From Anaeramoeba ignava BMAN (lineage: Eukaryota; Protista; Anaeramoebae), in assembly GCA_028826165.1 (NCBI GenBank), contig JAPDFW010000022.1:372001-436000 (forward strand): DNA of 64,000 nucleotides, read 5' to 3'. Below are positions 51,401 to 64,000 of this stretch, in pieces; within the stretch, counting starts at the first letter, position 1, and each line of letters opens with the position of its first letter. The position numbers were made by a program, and so were the translations under genes. Below the pieces are notes generated by a model. That model was not told the origin of the DNA. It saw nothing but the letters and a program-made list of their open reading frames with translations, and ran no database searches.

Positions 51401-54317
51401 AATTTATAATTTAATTTATAATTTAATTTATAATTTTATTTATAATTTTATTTATAATTTTATTTATAATTTTATTTATAATTTTATTTAATTTATAATT
51501 TTATTTATAATTTTATTTATAATTTTATTTATAATTTAATTTATAATTTTAATTTATAATTTTAATTTATAATTTTAATTTATAATTTTATTTATAATTT
51601 TATTTATAATTTAATTTATAATTTAATTTTATAATTTAATTTATAATTTAATTTATAATTTAATTTATAATTTTATTTATAATTTTAATTTATAATTTAA
51701 TTTATAATTTAATTTATAATTTTAATTTATAATTTAATTTATAATTTTATTTATAATTTAATTTATAATTTAATTTATAATTTAATTTATAATTTTAATT
51801 TATAATTTTATTTATAATTTAATTTATAATTTAATTTATAATTTAATTTATAATTTTATTTATAATTTTATTTATAATTTAATTTTTATTTATAATTTAA
51901 TTTATAATTTTATTTATAATTTTATTTATAATTTTATTTATAATTTTGTTTATAATTTTATTTATAATTTAATTTATAATTTAATTTATAATTTAATTTA
52001 TAATTTAATTTATAATTTTGTTTATAATTTTATTTATAATTTAATTTATAATTTTATTTATAATTTTATTTATAATTTTATTTATAATTTTATTTATAAT
52101 TTTATTTATAATTTTATTTATAATTTTAATTTATAATTTTATTTATAATTTTATTTATAATTTTATTTATAATTTAATTTTATTTATAATTTAATTTTAA
52201 TTTTATAATTTTTTATTTTATTTATAATTTTAATTTATAATTTTATTTATAATTTTATTTATAATTTTATTTATAATTTTAATTTATAATTTTATTTATA
52301 ATTTTATTTATAATTTTATTTATAATTTTAATTTATAATTTTATTTATAATTTTATTTATAATTTTATTTATAATTTTATTTATAATTTTATTTATAATT
52401 TTATTTATAATTTTTTATTTAATTTATAATTTTATTTATAATTTTATTTATAATTTAATTTATAATTTTATTTAATTTTTTTATTTATTTTTTTATTTTA
52501 ATTTTATTTATAATTTTATTTATAATTTAATTTATAATTTTATTTATAATTTTATTTATAATTTTAATTTATAATTTTATTTATAATTTGTTTATAATTT
52601 TATTTATAATTTTGTTTATAATTTTATTTAATTTAATTTATAATTTTATTTATAATTTTGTTTATAATTTAATTTATAATTTTAATTTATAATTTTGTTT
52701 ATAATTTTGTTTATAATTTGTTTATAATTTTATTTATAATTTAATTTATAATTTTGTTTATAATTTTATTTATAATTTTATTTATAATTTTGTTTATAAT
52801 TTTAATTTTATTTATAATTTTATTTATAATTAATTTATAATTTTTAATTTATAATTTTGTTTATATTTTAATTTTATTTATAATTTTATTTATAATTTAA
52901 TTTTATTTTATATTTTTAATTTATTTTTTAATTTATAATTTATTTTTATTTATAATTTTAATTTATAATTTTGTTTATAATTTTGTTTATAATTTAATTT
53001 ATAATTTTGTTTATAATTTAATTTATAATTTTATTTATAATTTTATTTATAATTTTATTTATAATTTTATTTATAATTTTGTTTATAATTTTGTTTATAA
53101 TTTTGTTTATAATTTTATTTATAATTTAATTTATAATTTTGTTTATAATTTTATTTATAATTTATTTATAATTTAATTTATAATTTTATTTATAATTTTA
53201 TTTATAAATTTTATTTATAAATTTATTTATAATTTTGTTTATAATTTTATTTATAATTTATTTTATAATTTAATTTATAATTTAATTTATAATTTTATTT
53301 ATAATTTAATTTATAATTTTGTTTATAAATTTTATTTATAATTTTGTTTATAATTTTATTTATAATTTTGTTTATAAATTTGTTTATAATTTAATTTATA
53401 AATTTGTTTTATAATTTAATTTATAAATTTGTTTATAATTTTAATTTATAAATTTATTTATAAATTTGTTTATAATTTTATTTATAATTTTATTTATAAT
53501 TTTATTTATAATTTTATTTATAATTTTGTTTATAATTTTATTTATAATTTTATTTATAATTTTATTTATAATTTTTATTTATAATTTTGTTTATAATTTT
53601 GTTTATAATTTTATTTATAATTTAATTTATAATTTTGTTTATAATTTAATTTATAATTTTGTTTATAATTTTGTTTATAATTTTGTTTATAATTTAATTT
53701 TTGTTTATAATTTAATTTATAATTTTGTTTATAATTTTGTTTTATAATTTAATTTATAATTTTATTTATAATTTTATTTATAATTTTATTTATAATTTAA
53801 TTTATAATTTTATTTATAATTTAATTTATAATTTTATTTATAATTTTATTTATAATTTTGTTTATAAATTTGTTTATAAATTTATTTATAAATTTGTTTA
53901 TAAATTTATTTATAAATTTGTTTATAAATTTATTTATAATTTTGTTTATAATTTTGTTTATAAATTTGTTTATAAATTTATTTATAATTTTGTTTATAAT
54001 TTTGTTTATAATTGAATGAAAAAAATTCACAATTCAAATCTCAAATCTTTTCAAATTTATTTTGGATTTATTAATAGAATAACAATTTTAAATTTTTGAT
54101 GTTTTTCCTTTTTTGAATAAAAGAAATTTTTTAATTGTTTTGGAAAAATGAAGAAATTACGAGGAAAAAATCCATTCTCTTTTGTCATTAAAGAAGTTCC
54201 ATGCCATAACTTTTCATTTTTATTTGTAATTTTGATGACTTCACCTCTTCTAAAAGAAAGATGAGATGGAAAAGTTGAAAAATAATCAAATAATGCAACT
54301 CCTTGTTCATAAATCAT
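42463..54317 (-). CDS. Giant multi-SH3/multi-PH RasGAP (about 2,850 aa); exon 1 54317-54161, intron 54160-50894, exon 2 50893-42463 with one probable indel near 45110
   Basis: The splice restores the SH3 terminus GFFP-R-NYVKI. Six PH-like domains alternate with SH3 domains. RasGAP motifs LFRGKSMAIK (arginine finger), FLRFICPAIVTP and LISKIIQGIAN. Confidence 0.85.
50955..54012. repeat. 3-kb TTTATAATTTTA array in RasGAP intron 1
   Basis: Direct reading. Confidence 0.93.
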
Positions 54318-54547
54318 TATATTTTTTTAAATCAAAATAATATTATTTATAATTATTATAAATTGGATTAAATTATTTTTTATTATTTGATGAATGAAAA
54401 AAAGAATTGAGAATAATAAAAAAAAAATGAAAAAAAAATTTTATTTTGTTTTTATTTTTTTCATTTTTTTTTTATTAATTTTTTTTTATTATTATTTATT
54501 TAATTAAAATGATAAAAAAAAATTAATAAAATTAAAATTATTTTAAT

Positions 54548-54614
54548 TGAGGCTTTCAAGGGGTTAAAATATCTCAAAGTTTCACAATTTTAATCAGTGT
54601 ATCCTCATAGATTT
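54548..54614 (+). ncRNA. Candidate single-hairpin H/ACA-like (AGA box) guide RNA
   Basis: GC-enriched island folding as lower stem TGAGG/CCTCA, internal pocket and upper stem GGTTAAAAT/ATTTTAATC, followed by AGA and a T-run; no target verified. Confidence 0.3.
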
Positions 54615-54684
54615 TTATTATTTTAATTAATTAAAAAAAAAAAAAAAAAAGATTTTTTTCCATTTATTTTAAAAAAAATTTTTT

Positions 54685-55011
54685 TCATTTCTTATTTGGA
54701 CAAGAAAATTTTTCACCATATCTAACATGGCAACCACATCCTCCCCACATGTTCTCATAAGTTTCTAATCTATCCTTTATTAAATCATCTACATCTTGTT
54801 GAGTTTCCAAAGTTCGAATCCAATAAAAATCTTCTAAAGAATCATATTCTTCTATTAAAAATAATGATTCTATTTTCCACACTTTAATATCTCCTGAAAG
54901 TGATGTATCAACTACTTTTATTGGTTCTCCTAATTCTGTGGATAATTTTTGTTCTTCTGTTTCTGTTAATTTTAATGGAGTGATTTCTTTTAATTTTTGA
55001 ATAAATTCCAT
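54685..55011 (-). CDS. Small intronless hypothetical protein with C-terminal RLETYENMWGGCGC motif, resembling uncharacterised proteins of anaerobic bacteria
   Basis: Clean 108-aa ORF with ATG, normal complexity and a W-x-G-C-G-C motif; family resemblance is from recollection only. Confidence 0.75.
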   Translation of the reverse strand: MEFIQKLKEITPLKLTETEEQKLSTELGEPIKVVDTSLSGDIKVWKIESLFLIEEYDSLEDFYWIRTLETQQDVDDLIKDRLETYENMWGGCGCHVRYGEKFSCPNKK

Positions 55012-55775
55012 TTTTTATTTTTTAATTATTTTTTTAATTATTTTTTAAAAAGAAAAATGAAAAATTAATTAGAAAAATTTTTTTATATTTTTTTTTTTTT
55101 GGATTGATTAATTATAAATAAAAATAAATAATAATAATAATAATAATAAGAAAGTAATTAAAAAATTATCCCTTTTTTAAACCACGTGTTAAAATAATAT
55201 TTTTTAATTCAATTTAATTAAATTTTTATTATTATTTTATTTTTATTAAATTAATTTGCCATCTTTTATTTTATTTTCTTTTTTTTATATAATCAATTTT
55301 TTAAAATAAAAATTAAATTGGATCTAAAATAAATTTCTTTCTTTCTTTCTTTTTAAAGTTTTAATTTCTTTTTTTTTTTTATTTTGTCAAATTTTATTAT
55401 TTAAAAATGATCAAAAATTAATTAAAAAATTTTTATTGATCAAATTCAATTAAAATTTTTTTTAAAAAATAAAAAAAAAGAAAATCAATTTAAAGTAAAT
55501 AAATTAATTTAAAATAAAAAATCTAAATTAATTTTTAAATTGAAATAAATTAAAATAAATTGAAATAAATTGAGAACAAAGAAAGAAAAAAAAAAGGCAA
55601 AAAAAAAGAAAAGAAATTTTCAAATTATTCAATAAACAAAAGATTAATTTAGTAATTTATTTTAATTTTAATTTTAAAATCAAAATAATTCAAAAACCTT
55701 TCCATTTTTTTTTTTCATTTTTTATTTTTTTTCATTATTTCTTTTTTATATTCAAATAATTAAATTATAAAAAAT

Positions 55776-59143
<3,368 letters not shown>

Positions 59144-59375
59144 TTAGAAAAAATAATTTTTTTAAAATATTTTTTATTAAGAAGAAAATTATTTTTTTTT
59201 CAATCAATTCAAAAAATAATTTTTTATTGTTCTCTCTTTTATTTTTTTTGGTCTATTGACCAGCTTTAGCTTTGTCAATAAACTTTTGCAAAACCTTTTA
59301 AAAAAATTTTTAATTTTTTAATTTTTTTCATTTTTTTCATTTTTTTCATTTTTTTCATTTTTTTCAACTAAATAA

Positions 59376-59898
59376 ATGACAACTCTTAGAGATTATGTTG
59401 ATAGTAATTTATTTTGAATTTAATTAAAATTAAAAAAAGTTTCAATTTATTATATCAATTTTTAAATACAATTTTTTTATAAAATTTTTAACAGAAAAAG
59501 TTGCTGTTATTTCATGTGATGGTCGTTTTATTGTTGTAAATTAATATTGATAATATTTAAATTAATATTTATATCAATTTTTAAATTTATATTAATATTT
59601 ATTTTAATTTAAAGGGAATATTATTTGGATTTGATCAAGCAATTAATATTATCTTGAAAGATTGTGAAGAAAGAATCATTTCAGAAGATCGTTCAATTAA
59701 AAAAGTTCAATTAGATCATATAGAAATTCTTAGAGGAGATGATATGTAAAAATTTAAAAATTTAAAATTTAAAAATTTAAAATTAAAAAATTATTTTATT
59801 TTTTTTGTAGTGTTTTAATTGGAGAATTTGATACAAATTTTGAAGATCAATTTGAATCTGGAATGAAAACAGATCCAATTAAACCATTAGTTCATTAG
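59376..59898 (+). CDS. LSM8: U6 snRNA-associated Sm-like protein LSm8; exons 59376-59403, 59495-59535, 59615-59745, 59811-59898
   Basis: Manual splicing gives MTTLRDYVDKKVAVISCDGRFIVGILFGFDQAINIILKDCEERIISED...ILRGDDIVLIGEFD...DPIKPLVH. Confidence 0.93.
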
Positions 59899-59982
59899 GA
59901 AAAGAAATAACAATTTAAAGAAAATATTCTTTTTTTTTTTACTCAGAAATAAATTTGAATAAAAAATAAAAAATAAAAATAT

Positions 59983-62900
59983 TTAATCAAACTTTAATGA
60001 ACGAAAATCTTCTCTGCAATGAAACAATCTCATAATTTGATCATTTTCAAGACGAATTTCCTTTTTGATATTTTTCAAATTACTTGGGGAAACAACAAAA
60101 ATATTAGCCATCTCACGCAAAACAACAAATTCTTCTTCAACAGCTTTGATACCAAATTTAGTAACACATTCAGAATAGAATAAAACATCTTGTAAAAGTT
60201 GAAGACCGCCTTGAGTATTATATTTAAATTTCTCGAAATGATGAAGCAAGATATTTTTCCATTTGATTCCAAAATTTGAAAGAAAAATAACGGAATTCTT
60301 GCCAATTAAAGTAGCCTTTACTTTCGAATAACCAAATTGGCAAACTCAATTGATTTTCTGCATCCAAAAGTGGATTTGTTTTCCAAATAACCTGGAGTTC
60401 CTTTATCCTGTTTGATCAGGAAATCGGATTTTTTTTGGAGCGACAAAATCGCTTTGATTCTGTCGATCACGCGGAACATTAATTGATGAATTCCGCTTGA
60501 AATCTTTGATTCAAGAACATTAACAAGCTTTGATTTATCGGCTATTGCCATTGTTTGGTCGTTTCGTGATTCCATTAGTTCGGAAATCACATAAATTGAG
60601 CTAAAACGCTCAAATAAATGAGTGATTTGAGTAATAGTTTTCACAACATCCAAAAAATCCAAATCGGGAAATTCCATCAAATCAACATGTTTATGATGAG
60701 TGATTAACGCGTTGATTTTTTTTGCGCTTGCATCTGTGGAAATATTTGAAAGCCCGTAATTAATTAATTTTTCTAAATATTCTGATAAGTGACCAGTCAT
60801 TGCTGAATATATTTTCCGAATATTCTCAATTACACTAAAATCGGGCGAAAGAATTTTTGCCCTTTCAATTGCTTGGGATGTTTCTTGGAAAAAAAGAAGC
60901 GCCAAATTTAACGGTGTGTGGATCTGTTCTTTTGAAGGGTTTGCTTGTGTTTGTGAGTTGAAATTATTGGGTATTTCTTTTGGTGTTTTTTTGGAACTTT
61001 CCTTTTTGCCATGACTTTTTTTTTCGCCCAAGTTTTTGAAGAATTTAAATCGCGAAGAAGATGTCTGCTTGATTTTTTGGGAAATTAAATTATTGACCTG
61101 AATGTTTTTGATTTTTTCTTCGATAAAAATGCGTTCCAATTCTTGGAGTTCAAGATCCAAGTAGCGTAATTTGTAATCCCGAAAAATATCTTGAACCAAT
61201 TGGAAAACATCTGAGTCTCCAATTTCAAATTCATCGAGATCCTTCTCAAATTTAAGTATACTTTGATAAACAGTGAATTGCAGTTTAAGATACAATCCCA
61301 AATCGTCTTGAATGTTTTTCGGGAGCAATTCTGTGATATAAGATGATATTCTTTTGAATATTTCCTTGATCAAAATGCGCATAACTTTTGATGGGAACGG
61401 GAAAACTTGCTTTATCACTTGCTTTTCTTTTCTTAAATCGGTTAATAATTTACTGTAAAATTTTTCCAAAACTCTTTTAGCAGTTTGGATTTTTTGGGTT
61501 TCATCAATATCCAAACTTGCAATTTGTATTTGTCTTTCTCTTCCTTGATAAATATTTTTTCTAGATCTGATGTATTCTTGAATGCAAGTTTGATTGTCAT
61601 CAAAAAGAAGCATGATATGGAATTGTTTCTTTAAAAAATTTGTTTTTTGTTTTTTTTTTTTTTGATTTAAAATTTCTTTTGATTTTTTTTTTAAATTTTT
61701 CATAATATTTGATTTACTTTCATTTCTTGAAAGTTTCTTTTTTCTGAAGCTTCTTTAAAATACTGAACAATTTTTTCTTTTTGTTTTTTTTGTTCTTCTT
61801 CTATTTTTTCTTTAGTTTTTGGATCAATGCGAATATCTTGTGATATTTTATAAAGTTCTGTGATAATTCTTGCTGCTTCTTCTATTGGTTCTTTTTGTAG
61901 ATTAGATTCTGGGTTTTTTTCTTGGGGATCATCAAATTTAAGGAAATATTCTAAGATTTTTCTTGCTTTGATTGCTCTTTCTCTTTGTCTTTCTGCTGTT
62001 TGTAAGACTTTGCCGATGCTTGTTATTTGTTTTCCAACAAGTCCGACATGTTCTTCAAAGGAGTTTAAATTAGAAAAAATTCCCTTTTTAAATTCAAATA
62101 TAAATTTTAATTTAATTTAATAAATTTTAATTTAATTTTAATTTTAATTTTAATTTAAATTTATAAATGAATTTTAATTTAAATTTTATAAATGAATTTT
62201 AATTTAATTTAATAAATGAATTTTAATTTAGTTTAATAAATAAATTTTAATTTAATTTAATAAATAAATTTTAATTTAATTTAATTTAATAAATGAATTT
62301 TAATTTAATTTAATAAATGAATTTTAATTTAATTTTAATAAATGAATTTTAATTTAATTTTAATTTAATTTTAATTTAATTTAATAAATTAATTTTAATT
62401 TTAATTTAATTTAATTTAATAAATTAATTTTAATTTGATAAATTAATTTTAATTTAATAAATGAATTTTAATTTAATAAATTAATTTTAATTTAATTTAA
62501 TAAATGAATTTTAATTTAAATTTAATAAATGAATTTTAATTTAATTTTATAAATTAATTTTAATTTAATAAATGAATTTTAATTTAATAAATGAATTTTA
62601 ATTTAATTTAATAAATAAATTTTAATTTAATTTAATTTAATTTAATAAATGAGTTTTAATTTAATTTAATAAATGAATTTTAAATAATTTAATAAATGAA
62701 TTTTAATTTAATAAATTAATTTTAATTTAATTTAAATGAATTTAATTTAATTTAATAAATGAATTTTAATTTAATTTAATTTAAATAAATGAATTTTAAT
62801 TTAATTTAATAAATAAATTTTAATTTAATAAATTAATTTTAATTTAATTTAATAAATTTAAATTAATTTAATAAATAAATTTTAATTTAATTTAATAAAT

Positions 62901-64000
62901 TAATTTTAATTTAATTTTATTTGAATTTAATTTAATTTTAAATTTAATAAATTAATTTTAATTTAATAAATTAATTTTAATTTAATTTAATAAATTAATT
63001 TTAAATTAATTTTTAATTTAATAAATTAATTTAATTTAATTTAATAAATTAATTTTAATTTAATTTTAATAAATTAATTTTAATTTAATTTAATAAATAA
63101 ATTTTAATTTAATTTAATTTATAAATGAATTTTAATTTAATAAATAAATTTTAATTTAATAAATAAATTTTAATTTAATAAATAAATTTTAATTTAATAA
63201 ATAAATTTTAATTTAATAAACTAATTTTAATTTAAATTTAATAAATTAATTTTAATTTAATTTAATAAATGAATTTTAATTTAATAAATGAGTTTTAATT
63301 TTAAATTAATTTATAAATAATTTTAATTTTTAATTTAATAAATGAATTTGAATTTGAATTTTAATTTAATTTAATAAATTAATTTTAATTTAATAAATTA
63401 ATTTTAAATTAATTTTTAATAAATTAATTTTAATTTTAATTTAATAAATGAATTTTAATTTAATTTAATTTAATAAATTAATTTTGATTTAATAAATGAA
63501 TTTTATTTTAATTTAATAAATGAATTTTAATTTAATTTAATAAATGAATTTTAATTTAATTTAATAAATTAATTTAATAAATAAATTTAAATTTAAATTT
63601 AATAAATGAATTTTAGTTTTTAAAAGGAAATTTGGAAATCTACACTAAGATTTTGTTTAAATTGAGATATAGCATGTTCATAATCAAGTGTTAATTTCAT
63701 CACATCTTGTTCTAATATTTGTATTTCTTGAATTGTCTTGTTTGTTTATTTATTTGTTTGTTTTTGTTTTTGTTTTTGTTTTTGTTTGTTTTTTTTAAAA
63801 AATTTTGAAAATAAAATTTATTTACATTTTTCCTTAAAGATGAAATTTCAGGAAGAGATGAATCAATTGCTGAAATAAAAGGTGTAAAATTTGTTTGAAA
63901 ATTTTCTTCTTCAGAATTTTTTAAAGAACTTTTTTGTTTTTTTTGTTTTTGATTAATTTGAATTTCTTGATTAACTTCTGAATAAATTTGCTCAAGAAAA
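59983..64000 (-). CDS. SEC10: Exocyst subunit Sec10/EXOC5, 5' end outside the window; exons >64000-63826, 63736-63644, 62083-61718, 61628-59983 (probable indel near 60322)
   Basis: IGKVLQTAERQRERA, VIKQVFPFPSKVM, LSLQKKSDF, LIGKN...FG, HFEKFKYNTQGGLQLLQDVLFY, LREMANIFVVSPSNL. Confidence 0.88.
62100..63620. repeat. AATTTAATAAATG/AATTTT composite array in a Sec10 intron
   Basis: Direct reading; intron 63643-62084. Confidence 0.9.

Noticed and set aside
54548-54687. Selenoprotein: TGA stop of the CGC protein plus a downstream hairpin as SECIS
   Set aside because: Read-through adds only KNFF, and the minus-strand hairpin lacks the 3' GA of the SECIS quartet (CCCC follows the stem).

Overview
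Extremely AT-rich eukaryotic (protist) genomic DNA with GT-AG introns, very short true intergenic spacers and kilobase arrays of 6/12-bp AT-rich tandem repeats in introns and 3' of genes. The style (intein in a housekeeping gene, TSET subunit, bacterial-type ORFs, N/Q microsatellites) suggests an Anaeramoeba-like anaerobic amoeba; this is inference. Genes: N/Q-repeat protein (truncated at the left edge), exportin-1/CRM1, a secreted protein with a prokaryotic SBBP-associated N-terminal domain, WDR91, an RGS-DH-PH-MORN protein, ELP2, a large unknown protein, TSET subunit TTRAY2/TWD40-2, a giant SH3/PH-repeat RasGAP, a small bacterial-like CGC-motif protein, a Rab5-family GTPase, LSM8 and exocyst Sec10 (truncated at the right edge). 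The main finding is a 536-aa Ser-initiated intein with a decayed LAGLIDADG region inserted in exportin-1 (6264-7871), just after the NES-binding groove helix. Secondary candidates are a single-hairpin H/ACA(AGA)-like RNA, a tandem TCATT initiator-like promoter motif and novel signalling domain architectures. Several ORFs are split by single-base indels in homopolymers, most likely assembly errors.
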